A DNA stretch of 34,835 nt, taken from the sequence record SRR31156797_8894; one strand, written 5' to 3'. Below the pieces are notes generated by a model that worked only from the letters and a program-made list of their open reading frames with translations, searched no databases and was not told where the DNA came from. A program made the translations under genes and the position numbers. Positions 10,044-19,718 of this stretch are shown here, piece after piece (the stretch's first letter is position 1; each line of letters opens with the position of its first letter).

Positions 10044-10102
10044 GCGCGTGGGTTTGCCCGTTATCGGGGATTAGGTCAAGTGCAAACCTTTTAGTCCACG
10101 GT

Positions 10103-12196
10103 TTAAAAATCCCATTTCACTCGTAGCCATGCTCCGTGCTCCACGGTGGTCTCAGCATATTCTCCCGCATACCCGAGTTGGCAGGACCAGTCATCTTTGG
10201 CAAAGGAAATGAATGTCTCGAAGTTTGCGGCCGTGAGGTCGCTTTTGGAGTCAACGCTGACAGGTTGTGCTCCCGGTACGGACTGGGATGTTGAAACCGA
10301 ACCATCTGTGAGGGTTTGCCGAAGTCCGGCATATACGGATGGAACAACAGTGAATTCTCCGGTTTTCATGGTCCGCATCCATCGCAAGCCTGCATTGGCC
10401 TGTAACTCATGGTCGTCCAGTGTGGAATAGGTGGTGTCCCACGTGCCATTGGCTTTGGAAGAGTATTTATCGCGATGAATCCATAAGTGGGTCAAACCTG
10501 CAGTGGGCATGAGTATGTCGTCACCCAGAATGAAACGATATCCGCCTATGGCGCGGCTGACAGCGCCGAAGCTCGTGTAGTCGGCCTTTTCGGACACATC
10601 CAATGCTGCCCCGGTTTTCCCATCATATTCGTGCAGGGTAAAATATGGCGTGACGCTTCCGCCGAGTACCCAGTCATCAATGACCGTTCCCCCGTGAACG
10701 CCCAGCGTGAACATTGTCTGATTTTCGTTGTTGTCGGTGTATCCTGATCCTGTGAAGTCGATGACAGCATGTCCGAAACCGCCGTGGACGCCAAGTACAG
10801 AGCCGTTGTCTTGATATTCAAAGCCTAAGGTTACACCACCTGTTCGTGCTTCATATCCCATGGGTGAACGGGTGCTTTTTGCCCATGATCCATACGGCAT
10901 GGCAAATATATCGGTTGTCGGCTCGTCGTTGTGTGCCAGTGAACTGCTCCCGACATCAGTCATCGTGCTCCGGGCGTCGGCAACCATGATAGATTCATCA
11001 TTTTCTGCGAACAGGGTTTGTCCGAGGGATTGCATCATGGCATTGGTGGCCATGCGATTATGGACCACATTGACGGAATTCATGATTGAAAGCTCTGCTA
11101 CATCTGCAGCAACGTTGGCCGGAGAAGCCGGAGGAGCATACTCAAGCCTGACGGTATCGTCGTGATGTGTTGCTCCGGGTGTGTATACGGCAGTGACATT
11201 GGGGTTCACGGCTTCGACCGAGGAAAAAGTGCCGTGTGTTTTGTTGATCGGGTCGTCAAAAAGTTTGTAATCGGTGTTCCACTGAGTGTCGCCTTCGAGG
11301 CTGGTGAGAAGCAGTTTTGCGTCATTGAGGTCCAAATCGGGAGAGCCCCAACCCATGACCCTAATAGATGCATGGTTGGGATCGCCATCCAAAACCATGT
11401 TGTAAGTGTCGACCAGTTTGACGCTACCGTTTTGGATGTAGATTTCGTAAGATTGTCCAGTGGTGTGGATTTCTCCGGTGTTGGTGACTTTTATACCACT
11501 TCCAGCCAGGTGCATGCCTGCAGTATCCGGATCGTCTGCCAGCACATACATTTTACCTGTATTGACAACTGTTGCGTTTGTTGCGCTAGTGTCTGTTTTT
11601 ATCAGTCTTGCACCTTGTCTTGGACTGCCGGGGTCGATGTATTCCTTGAGGACCATGGTACCGTTATTGATTGCTGTCGTGTTTGCTGCGGCAAGATAAA
11701 AAGCGGCGTCTTCGGTTCCCCAGTGGTAAGTAATATCCATGGTGCCGTTGTTGATAAGTTTTACATTTGGTGCAGCCGCGACAGCACCATTTGATTGACC
11801 ATAGGCATCGATGATTATGGTACCGTTATTCGTAAACGTGCCAGGTGTTGCGCTTGGATTGAATCTGACACCACAAAATGATCTGAAGTTCGGCATCACG
11901 GTGTCGTGATACAGAGCTTCGAGTGTTCCTTTATAGACAAGGTCTGTGGCATACGTATCTAATGAAAAAAGTGTGTTGTAGAATATCGGGAGTCCATCGT
12001 CGTTTGGAAATTCGGCGTCGTCACCATCGGAAAAATTGAAATCGTCAGTAATGATTTCGGTAGAGTCTGTTGTAAATCTGTATTTGTATCTTGCGAGTGA
12101 TGGTGAGACTGTGGACAGCAAAAAAAGAACAGCTAAAATCGGAATGAGACTAACAATGAAACCGGAAAATGTGGATGCGGGCGAGTGTTTGAGCAT
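10103..12196 (-). CDS. Autotransporter (type Va) outer-membrane beta-barrel protein with beta-helical passenger
   Basis: N-terminal signal peptide (…SPSLA), repeated (I/V)xN(N/T)Gx(I/M) passenger motifs, amphipathic C-terminal strands ending WLRVKWDF. Confidence 0.85.
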   Translation of the reverse strand: MLKHSPASTFSGFIVSLIPILAVLFLLSTVSPSLARYKYRFTTDSTEIITDDFNFSDGDDAEFPNDDGLPIFYNTLFSLDTYATDLVYKGTLEALYHDTVMPNFRSFCGVRFNPSATPGTFTNNGTIIIDAYGQSNGAVAAAPNVKLINNGTMDITYHWGTEDAAFYLAAANTTAINNGTMVLKEYIDPGSPRQGARLIKTDTSATNATVVNTGKMYVLADDPDTAGMHLAGSGIKVTNTGEIHTTGQSYEIYIQNGSVKLVDTYNMVLDGDPNHASIRVMGWGSPDLDLNDAKLLLTSLEGDTQWNTDYKLFDDPINKTHGTFSSVEAVNPNVTAVYTPGATHHDDTVRLEYAPPASPANVAADVAELSIMNSVNVVHNRMATNAMMQSLGQTLFAENDESIMVADARSTMTDVGSSSLAHNDEPTTDIFAMPYGSWAKSTRSPMGYEARTGGVTLGFEYQDNGSVLGVHGGFGHAVIDFTGSGYTDNNENQTMFTLGVHGGTVIDDWVLGGSVTPYFTLHEYDGKTGAALDVSEKADYTSFGAVSRAIGGYRFILGDDILMPTAGLTHLWIHRDKYSSKANGTWDTTYSTLDDHELQANAGLRWMRTMKTGEFTVVPSVYAGLRQTLTDGSVSTSQSVPGAQPVSVDSKSDLTAANFETFISFAKDDWSCQLGYAGEYAETTVEHGAWLRVKWDF

Positions 12197-12341
12197 GAGT
12201 AGTCGTGTGTATGTATAGGTGTGAGTATGGAGTTTTATAATAATATATGAACATGTGTTTAAATGAATAGACGAATAGATGTAAAGTGTATTTTTTGTTT
12301 AAAGCAAGTTAGTTACATGCGGCTCGTGTGGGTGGGCATAC

Positions 12342-12390
12342 AAAAAAAGCCGGAGAAAAGACTCTCAAAGAGTATCTTTTCTCCGGCCTT
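12342..12390 (-). terminator. Rho-independent terminator of tyrS
   Basis: GCCGGAGAAAAGA…TCTTTTCTCCGGC long stem with an A tract on the + strand left side. Confidence 0.8.
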
Positions 12391-12421
12391 GCATAAGCGG
12401 TGGCCAAGATGGCTGGTTGAA

Positions 12422-13702
12422 TTATCCTCTGGTGATCAATCCGTAATTTTTTTTGCCTTTGCGGATGACCAGTAGTTCGCCTGCTATGAAGTCGGAGTCC
12501 GTGATCGTATGGTCTTCTTCAACGCGTTCGCCGTTGATATAGACGCCGCCACCTTTGAGGTCCTTTCGGGCCTGACCTTTGGATTTGACCAATCCGAGGT
12601 CAACGAACATCTGAGGCAGGTCGGGAACATCCCCGGGGGCGTAGCGGAATGTCGGTGCGGATTCCAGAGCGGATCTGAGAGTGACCGGATCAATGGCCTT
12701 GAGATCCCCTTTGCCAAACAATGCCTCGGTGGCTGCCAAGACGCGATCCAGTTCCATCTGGCCGTGAATCATGCGAGTGACTTCTGCGGCCAGTTTTTTC
12801 TGGGCGGCACGTTGATGTGGTGCTTCCTCAAGCTGCTTTTCCATTTCCGCGATTTCGTCTTGGTCAAGGAAAGTGAAGATTTTGAGGAACTTGATGACGT
12901 CAGCGTCGTCAGTGTTCACGAAGTATTGATAGAAGGCATACGGCGAGGTCATTTCGGCGTTCATGTACACCGCATTACCTTCGGATTTGCCGAATTTTTT
13001 GCCGGATGCTGTAGTAATTAGGGGGAAAGTCAGCGCAAAGACTTCGGCTTGTTCGCCTTCATGGGCAGAACGACGACGAGTGAATTCACATCCTGCGGTA
13101 ATGTTGCCCCATTGGTCTCCACCACCGATCTGCAGTTTGCAGTTGCGGGTCTTGAAGAGATGATAAAAGTCGTAGCTCTGGAGGATCATGTAGGAAAATT
13201 CGGTGTAGGAAATACCGGTTTCTTCGCGACCAATACGACCCTTGACCGATTCTTTCTGCAACATCCAGTTGATGGTGAAATGTTTGCCCACGTCGCGCAG
13301 CAACTCGATGGCCGTCAAATCTTTGGTCCAGTCGTAGTTGTTGACGATATCCGGGCGATCACCTGTATTGCGTTCTACAAAGCGGCGGACCTGCCCCTTA
13401 ATTTTTTCAAGGCGCTCTTCCATAATGTCGGTGTTGGACAGTTCGCGTTCCTTGTCCTTACCGGATGGGTCACCGATGCGGCCAGTGGCTCCACCCATGA
13501 GGTAGAGTGGGTTATGGCCTGCGCGTTTCATTCGCACAAGGCAAAGCAGGGGCACCAGATTGCCAATATGCAGGGATTCCGCGGTGGGGTCGAAGCCGCA
13601 ATACATGGAGGCTCCGGGGGTGGCGAGATATTCCCGCACCTTGTCTTCGTCGGATACCTGATTAATGAGCCCTCGCCACTTTAATTCGTCGAAAATATTC
13701 AC
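12422..13702 (-). CDS. tyrS: Tyrosine--tRNA ligase
   Basis: YCGFDPTAESLHIGN, QIGGGDQWGNI, KFGKS and a C-terminal S4-like domain; GTG start. Confidence 0.99.
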   Translation of the reverse strand: MNIFDELKWRGLINQVSDEDKVREYLATPGASMYCGFDPTAESLHIGNLVPLLCLVRMKRAGHNPLYLMGGATGRIGDPSGKDKERELSNTDIMEERLEKIKGQVRRFVERNTGDRPDIVNNYDWTKDLTAIELLRDVGKHFTINWMLQKESVKGRIGREETGISYTEFSYMILQSYDFYHLFKTRNCKLQIGGGDQWGNITAGCEFTRRRSAHEGEQAEVFALTFPLITTASGKKFGKSEGNAVYMNAEMTSPYAFYQYFVNTDDADVIKFLKIFTFLDQDEIAEMEKQLEEAPHQRAAQKKLAAEVTRMIHGQMELDRVLAATEALFGKGDLKAIDPVTLRSALESAPTFRYAPGDVPDLPQMFVDLGLVKSKGQARKDLKGGGVYINGERVEEDHTITDSDFIAGELLVIRKGKKNYGLITRG

Positions 13703-13737
13703 TTTAGTCCCCGTTATTGCCGTACGATTTTGTTTCG

Positions 13738-14523
13738 TTACGGTCTGTCATTTTGCTTGAACGTGGTAATGGAAACCGCGTTGCCGGTTGTATCCTCTAT
13801 GTCAAAAATCGCGCCTTGTAAAATCCCGGGGCCCGCAGCGGCTTCAAGTTGTCTGGGCAATCCGGTCAGGTATCTGTCCAATATGATTTCCGGTTTCATG
13901 CCAAGGCATGAATCCACGGCACCACACATGCCCAAATCTGTCAGATATGCTGTGCCACCCGGCAGGATTTTGGCATCATTCGTTTGAACATGGGTGTGGG
14001 TGCCGACAACTGCTGAAACTTTGCCTTCCAAAAAATACCCCATGGCGATTTTTTCACCAGTGGCCTCGGCATGGAAATCAACGAGTTGGACCGGGATATC
14101 GGCAGGCAATGCGTCGAGAGCGGATTCCATGGCTGCGAACGGGCAGTCTATAGGCGGCATGAAGGTGCGCCCAATGACATTGAATACGGCTACGGGTGGC
14201 AAGCCTTTCTTTTCAAAGATGCGCAATCCGGTTCCGGGAAGGTGGTCGGCATAGTTGAGCGGTCGTAAAATTCGTTTGTCTGAATCGAGCATGGAGTACA
14301 GGTCCTTGTACTTCCATATATGATTGCCGCCGGTGATTCCGTCGACCCCGGCTTTGAAAAATTCTTTGGCATGTTTGGCCTTGAGGCCATAGCCCCCACT
14401 CGCGTTTTCACCGTTGGCAAAAACAAGGTCGATGGACTCTTGTTCCCTGATGCGGGAAAGGTTGTCCTTGATCGCCTTGCGACCGGGGATGCCGACGATA
14501 TCGCCGAGAAACAGAATGCGCAT
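13738..14523 (-). CDS. ymdB: YmdB-family (TIGR00282-type) metallophosphoesterase
   Basis: MRILFLGDIVG..GR, ANGEN, TGGNH, VDFHAEATGEK, GTHTHVQT, TDLGMCG; AGGAG RBS. Confidence 0.95.
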   Translation of the reverse strand: MRILFLGDIVGIPGRKAIKDNLSRIREQESIDLVFANGENASGGYGLKAKHAKEFFKAGVDGITGGNHIWKYKDLYSMLDSDKRILRPLNYADHLPGTGLRIFEKKGLPPVAVFNVIGRTFMPPIDCPFAAMESALDALPADIPVQLVDFHAEATGEKIAMGYFLEGKVSAVVGTHTHVQTNDAKILPGGTAYLTDLGMCGAVDSCLGMKPEIILDRYLTGLPRQLEAAAGPGILQGAIFDIEDTTGNAVSITTFKQNDRP

Positions 14524-14597
14524 GATACTCCTGTGAATAAAGGGCCGTCAAAAAACGGCGGATGTGAAAGAGAAGAGTGTGGACTGGTCGGGGCTGA

Positions 14598-15524
14598 TTA
14601 CAAACGTTGGAACACCGTGGGAGCAACCTGTCTGATGGGCAAGGTCAAGCCTGACAGACTTTCCGAGTGTCCGATGAAGAGATACCCACCAGACTTCAGG
14701 TTGTTGCAGAATTTGGCGAACAGGGTGGCTTGGGTCGCCCTGTCAAAATAGATGACCACGTTGCGGCAGAAAATGATGTCCTGATGATTTGGGAGCTTGA
14801 AATCTTCCATGAAGTTGAGCCGCTGGAATGACACTTTATTGCGGAGGCTCGAATCCATCTTGACCAGTTTCTTATCCTTTGACTTGAGCATGTACTTCTT
14901 TTTGTACTGCATGGGCACGTCCTCCACCTTATCCATGGAATAGACGGCGTTGCTCGCTTCGGTCAGGATTTTTTGGGAAATATCGGTGGCAAGGACGGAA
15001 AATTTGAAGCCGTGATGTGTGGAGGCCCATTCGTGGAGAACCATTCCGAGAGTGTATGGTTCTTCTCCACTGGAACAGCCGGCAGACCATATGCGCAAAT
15101 CGCTATTTCGGCCAATACCCCGACTCCATAATTCAGGCAACACGGAATTGTTCATGATGTCCCAATGCTTGGGCTCACGGAAAAAGTGGGTTGTGTTGGT
15201 GGTCACCACGTCAATGAGGTGTGATCGTTCTTCTTCGCGGCCTTTGTCGGAAAAGACGTAGTCGCAATATTCTTTGTAAGAAGACATACCCAGAACACGG
15301 AGACGCTTTTGAAAGCGGCTTTGCAGTAATACGCGTTTTGTCGGCGGCATCTTGATGCCGAATTCCGTGTGGATGAGTTCGCTAAACCGTTTGAATTCGG
15401 TATCGCCCATCTGGGACTGATTGACCTGCATGGCTTTATTCATTGTCTGCCTGGTGTCGACCCCGTTTTGTGGCGCGGTGTTCCGACGAGCCGTCGCCCT
15501 GTTGTCTTCATGTTTACCGAGCAT
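14598..15524 (-). CDS. cheR: Chemotaxis protein-glutamate O-methyltransferase (start codon uncertain)
   Basis: TTNTTHFFRE, RIWSAGCSSGEEPYTL, ATDIS, DIIFCRNVVIYFD, GYLFIGHSESL. Confidence 0.95.
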   Translation of the reverse strand: MLGKHEDNRATARRNTAPQNGVDTRQTMNKAMQVNQSQMGDTEFKRFSELIHTEFGIKMPPTKRVLLQSRFQKRLRVLGMSSYKEYCDYVFSDKGREEERSHLIDVVTTNTTHFFREPKHWDIMNNSVLPELWSRGIGRNSDLRIWSAGCSSGEEPYTLGMVLHEWASTHHGFKFSVLATDISQKILTEASNAVYSMDKVEDVPMQYKKKYMLKSKDKKLVKMDSSLRNKVSFQRLNFMEDFKLPNHQDIIFCRNVVIYFDRATQATLFAKFCNNLKSGGYLFIGHSESLSGLTLPIRQVAPTVFQRL

Positions 15525-15637
15525 TCGTGAAACCCGGTTTTACCAATCCATGATGGCATCATACGATAAATGTCCTATTATGCCATGATAATTTGCATCA
15601 ATGTGGTGAAAAGCATCAATGTACAAGCCTAATACAA

Positions 15638-15672
15638 ACACACCCGAACTTCTTGTGAAATCCGGGTGTGTT
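15638..15672 (-). terminator. Terminator-like hairpin after rny
   Basis: AACACACCCG…CGGGTGTGTT inverted repeat 11 nt past the rny stop. Confidence 0.6.
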
Positions 15673-15683
15673 ATTAAGTTCTG

Positions 15684-17240
15684 TTATTTGGCGTAGCCAA
15701 CCGCCCGTTTTTCCCGAATTACTGTCACTCGGATCTGGCCGGGGTAGGTCATGTTGTTTTCGATCTTTTCGGCAATGTCCTTACAGAGAACATATGTGTT
15801 CTCGTCGCCGACTTTCTCTGAATCTACCATGACACGAATTTCTCGTCCGGCTTGAATTGCGTAAGCTTTCTGTACGCCTTCGAACCCTGTGGCCAAACCT
15901 TCCAGCTCTTCAAGTCGCTTGACATAATTTTCAAGCAGTTCTTTGCGGGCACCGGGACGTGCGCCGGACAGCGAGTCCGCAGCCTGAACCAGATTGGCCA
16001 GGATGGACATGGGCGGCGTGTCTTCGTGGTGAGCTGCGATGGAGTGGATAATCTCTTTGGATTCGCCGTGCTTTTTGGCCAAATCCGCACCGATGATGGC
16101 GTGAGGGCCTTCGATTTCGTGGTCAACGGCCTTACCAATATCGTGCAGCAAGCCCGCGCGCTTGGCTTCTTTTTCGTTGAGGCCCAACTCGGCGGCCATG
16201 ACACCACACAGGAATGCGACTTCCATGGAGTGCTGGAGCACGTTCTGGGAGAAGCTGGTGCGGTAATGAAGGCGTCCAAGAAGGTTGATAACTTCCGGAT
16301 GGATGCCGTGAACACCAACGTCAAAGGTGGCCTGTTCGCCAATTTCCTTGAGCTTGGTATCCATTTCGCTCTCAACCTTGCGCACAATTTCTTCAATGCG
16401 GGCAGGGTGGATGCGACCATCGTGGATGAGACGTTCCAAAGCCTGCTTGGCGACTTCGCGTTTGAGCGGACTGAATGCCGACAGGACCACGGTTTCCGGT
16501 GTGTCATCGATGATCAGATCAACGCCGGTCGCAGCTTCCAGAGCGCGAATGTTACGACCTTCGCGGCCGATTATGCGACCTTTCATATCTTCGGAAGGCA
16601 AGGCGACAGCGGTGACAGTTTGTTCACCTGCGTAGTCTCCCGCATAGCGTTGTAAAGCCAGGGAAAGAACTTCCTTGGCCTTTTTGCTGGCGGTTTCCTT
16701 GGCTTCCATTTCAATATTGCGGATCATTTTAGCGGCTTCGTGGCGGGTGCGGGATTCGATTTCGCTAAGAAGATTTTCTTTTGCCTCTTCAACTGTCAGG
16801 CCGGAAATTTCCTGAAGCTTGCGTTCATGTTCATCCGCTTTATGCTCCAGTTCTTCCTCAAGGTCGCCCAATTGCTTTTCTTGCTTGATGAGCTGCTTTT
16901 CCAGCTCCATGGCCTGAGCTTCCTTATCAGCGACTTTCTCTCGCTTGGTATCCAGACGCTCCTCTTTGGAGTGGAGTCTTCTTTCTTCGTTTTTGAGTTG
17001 GCTTTCGCGGTCTTTGAATTCCCGTTCCAGCTCTTTTTTCTGGTTATAAATTTCATCCTGAGCCTGGAGGCGGGTTTCCTTTTTCAAGGCCTCGCTCTCC
17101 TTCCTGGCTTCTGAGACTATGCGCTCCGCCAGGCCCCTGGAGTCTGAAACCTGCTTGTCGGATATATATTTGAAGAGGATGAAGCCAGTTCCAAGACCGA
17201 CTGCTATCCCTCCACCGACCATGGCGATTTCGGTTAACAT
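15684..17240 (-). CDS. rny: Ribonuclease Y
   Basis: N-terminal TM, coiled coil, KH domain ([14 protein letters not shown]) and HD domain (GLLHDIGK); AAGGAG RBS. Confidence 0.98.
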   Translation of the reverse strand: MLTEIAMVGGGIAVGLGTGFILFKYISDKQVSDSRGLAERIVSEARKESEALKKETRLQAQDEIYNQKKELEREFKDRESQLKNEERRLHSKEERLDTKREKVADKEAQAMELEKQLIKQEKQLGDLEEELEHKADEHERKLQEISGLTVEEAKENLLSEIESRTRHEAAKMIRNIEMEAKETASKKAKEVLSLALQRYAGDYAGEQTVTAVALPSEDMKGRIIGREGRNIRALEAATGVDLIIDDTPETVVLSAFSPLKREVAKQALERLIHDGRIHPARIEEIVRKVESEMDTKLKEIGEQATFDVGVHGIHPEVINLLGRLHYRTSFSQNVLQHSMEVAFLCGVMAAELGLNEKEAKRAGLLHDIGKAVDHEIEGPHAIIGADLAKKHGESKEIIHSIAAHHEDTPPMSILANLVQAADSLSGARPGARKELLENYVKRLEELEGLATGFEGVQKAYAIQAGREIRVMVDSEKVGDENTYVLCKDIAEKIENNMTYPGQIRVTVIREKRAVGYAK

Positions 17241-17430
17241 GGGGTTACTCCTTTATTGTATGTTGACAGACTTGGGCGGTCTGTTGACGCCGTAATGCAA
17301 CCTGAAGAGTACAGAAAAAGGTACTCTTTATGCGAAGAGAAGGGGGGAAGGGATGGATTGGACGGAAGGGTAGTGTATATATATTACCGTCTGAAAATGC
17401 CGATCTTTGTCGGTCAGACAGTCTTATTAA

Positions 17431-17608
17431 TCCCCGGGGTGCCGTGTCGTCTGTTTGTTTTGAACCTGGCATTTCCAGGTGGGCATGACTCGTGAACCTT
17501 TAGGCTTCCCGGTTAAACCGGGCTTGCTCACCAGCTCACTGGAGTCGTCGCCCTTTTACAGAGTATTGGCTCAATAACACTCCAGACAATCACGCACGCC
17601 CCAGGGGT
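17431..17608 (-). ncRNA. ssrS: 6S RNA
   Basis: About 178-nt rod whose ends pair (CCCCUGGGGCGUGCGUG…GUCUG / CAGACGACACGGCACCCCGGGG), with UGAGCC…GGUUCA stem elements flanking a central bubble; canonical position downstream of zapA. Confidence 0.88.
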
Positions 17609-17653
17609 AATTCCTTTCCGACCTCGGCCCCGTCCAATTATCGGCACAGGCGC

Positions 17654-17908
17654 CTATGAGGTCTTTTCCAAAATCTCTTCAATCTTCTCTTCCAGCCGCT
17701 GCAGCTTATCTGTGGCGACCAGATAGTCGTCCGCCAGACTGAGAAGCAGGTAGGTCAGCAATTTCTCTTTGCTGATATCACCGGCTCCGGCAACAAGCTC
17801 CTTGTGCTTGTTTTCAATAAACGCCTGGGCGGCCTCAATGCGGGGGTTATCCGCATCTGTCTTGAAGGATATTTCGAGTCCCAGCAGAGTCAACGTGTAT
17901 CGTGGCAT
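17654..17908 (-). CDS. zapA: Cell division protein ZapA
   Basis: 84 aa with an N-terminal beta-hairpin and C-terminal coiled coil (LLSLADDYL…LEEKIEEIL); lies between zapB and 6S RNA. Confidence 0.85.
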   Translation of the reverse strand: MPRYTLTLLGLEISFKTDADNPRIEAAQAFIENKHKELVAGAGDISKEKLLTYLLLSLADDYLVATDKLQRLEEKIEEILEKTS

Positions 17909-17920
17909 CGTAACGCACTA

Positions 17921-18097
17921 TTATTCCAGCTCGTTCTGAATCTTCTCGAGCAAAATGTCGATGCGAGATTCGATGTCGTGACGCGTTTGTCTCTCGGTCT
18001 CGACTTCCTCCCTCAAGCGCTGGTTATCTTCTTTCAATTCATTGATCTTGTTCAACAATTTGCTGAATCTTTCTTCAAGTTGGGCAACAAGTTCCAT
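17921..18097 (-). CDS. zapB: Cell division protein ZapB-like coiled-coil protein (58 aa, absent from the ORF track)
   Basis: Manual translation MELVAQLEERFSKLLNKINELKEDNQRLREEVETERQTRHDIESRIDILLEKIQNELE*; heptad pattern; directly upstream of zapA. Confidence 0.8.
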   Translation of the reverse strand: MELVAQLEERFSKLLNKINELKEDNQRLREEVETERQTRHDIESRIDILLEKIQNELE

Positions 18098-18128
18098 ATA
18101 ATATATCTAGTCCTTTTTTTTTAACAAA

Positions 18129-19505
18129 TCAAGACTTCTTGAGTCTGCGTTTTATGTTTACCTGCTTGCCTCGAGCCACGGCTCCCTGACCTTCCGGTAC
18201 GTCTTTCGTGATGGTCGAACCGGCCCCGACGAGGGCATCCTTTCCGATGGTGACCGGAGCTACCAGAGCGGTGTTGGAACCGATGAATGCACCTTCACCA
18301 ATGGTGGTGGTGAATTTGTTCTTGCCGTCGTAGTTGCAGGTGATGGTTCCAGCTCCGATGTTGGAACCGGCTCCGACGTTTGCATCTCCCAGATATGTTA
18401 GGTGGTTGGCTTTGGCGCCTTCTCCGAGGGTTGCCTTTTTCATTTCCACGAAATTGCCGACGCGGGCATCATTTTTCATGACAGCACCGGGACGTAACCG
18501 TGCATACGGTCCTACCCAGCAATCTTCACCGACAGTGGCTCCTTCGATGTGATTGAACTGACGTACATCGCATCCGCCTTCGAAGGTCGAATCGAGAATA
18601 TAGTTGTACGACCCCAGTCGAGCACCGGCTTTCACTGTGGAATTCCCGTAAATTTCGCAGTGTCCGAATATTTCTGCGCCTGGTTCCACTTCGACTTTGG
18701 GGCCGAGGATAACGGTATCAGGGTTGTGAATGAGCACGCCGGAATCCAACTTTTCATCCACGATTTGTCGGCGCAGGGTGTTCTCGGCGGTGATCAGTTC
18801 TCGTGGGGAGTTGATGCCCATGAGGCTGATATCGTCGCCGCACTGCACGCCGTCGATGGTCAGGCCTTCGTTGACGGCCAGCTCCACGATGTCGGTGATG
18901 TAGTATTCGCCTGATTTGTTTTCGTTTTTCAGTTTTGAAAGCAATGGGCCGATGGTGTCCATCTTGAGCAGGTAGACCCCTGCATTGACTTCGCCTGTGA
19001 CCGGTCCGTGGACGTTTAGGTCATAGTCCTTAGCTTCCACAATGGCCGTAATCCTGCGTTCAGGATCACGCACAACTCGACCAAAAGCTCCGGTATCACG
19101 AGGGGTGATGGTCATGAAAGCGAGGTCACAGCAACCGACGACATTGGTAATTCGGTGCAGTGCCTCAACCGTGACCAGCGGGGTGTCGCCGTTAATAACG
19201 AGGCAATGGGTTGCTCCGGTTTTTTCTACGGCATCCCATGACACTTGCAGTGCATGGCCAGTACCAAGCTGTTCGTCCTGCGTAATGAATCGGTCGGCCT
19301 TGTCCGGGAACGCGGCTTCGACCCCTTCTGCATCATGCCCAACAACCGTCAGGATATCTTCCTGCATGATCGGTTTGAGCGCGGCATAAACATAGTAAAG
19401 CATTGGCTCGTTCAAAAGTGTCTGCAACACTTTTGCCTTGGCGGAATGCATACGTGTACCCTTGCCTGCGGCCAGGACCAGGGCGGTAATTTTTGTGTCA
19501 GGCAT
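18129..19505 (-). CDS. glmU: Bifunctional UDP-GlcNAc pyrophosphorylase / GlcN-1-P acetyltransferase
   Basis: LAAGKGTRMHS, QLGTGHA, GEYYITD, hexapeptide repeats, HLTYLGD and NIGAGTITCNYDG. Start reassigned to ATG 19505 behind GGAG. Confidence 0.98.
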   Translation of the reverse strand: MPDTKITALVLAAGKGTRMHSAKAKVLQTLLNEPMLYYVYAALKPIMQEDILTVVGHDAEGVEAAFPDKADRFITQDEQLGTGHALQVSWDAVEKTGATHCLVINGDTPLVTVEALHRITNVVGCCDLAFMTITPRDTGAFGRVVRDPERRITAIVEAKDYDLNVHGPVTGEVNAGVYLLKMDTIGPLLSKLKNENKSGEYYITDIVELAVNEGLTIDGVQCGDDISLMGINSPRELITAENTLRRQIVDEKLDSGVLIHNPDTVILGPKVEVEPGAEIFGHCEIYGNSTVKAGARLGSYNYILDSTFEGGCDVRQFNHIEGATVGEDCWVGPYARLRPGAVMKNDARVGNFVEMKKATLGEGAKANHLTYLGDANVGAGSNIGAGTITCNYDGKNKFTTTIGEGAFIGSNTALVAPVTIGKDALVGAGSTITKDVPEGQGAVARGKQVNIKRRLKKS

Positions 19506-19718
19506 TATTTTCTCCGTGTCTTTTGTTTCAGGCACGATCACTCTCAGTGCAATCAATCGGAGGATAATTTACCTGCTAGAAGTGAAAAGGACAAGAACCG
19601 TTTGCGAAATCCCATCAAGTTGTTTTTTTATGAAGAAACAGTCAACAAAAGTGATAAATCGAAGCCATTCAATATTTTGTCTATGAATCAAGAGGGGCTT
19701 GAATTGCCGGAGGTATTG

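Noticed and set aside
13703-13737. T-box leader for tyrS
   Set aside because: The gap is only 35 nt, too short for a T-box
17245-17495. Short ORFs on both strands between 6S RNA and rny
   Set aside because: They overlap the 6S RNA, lack convincing RBS or motifs, and are probably spurious
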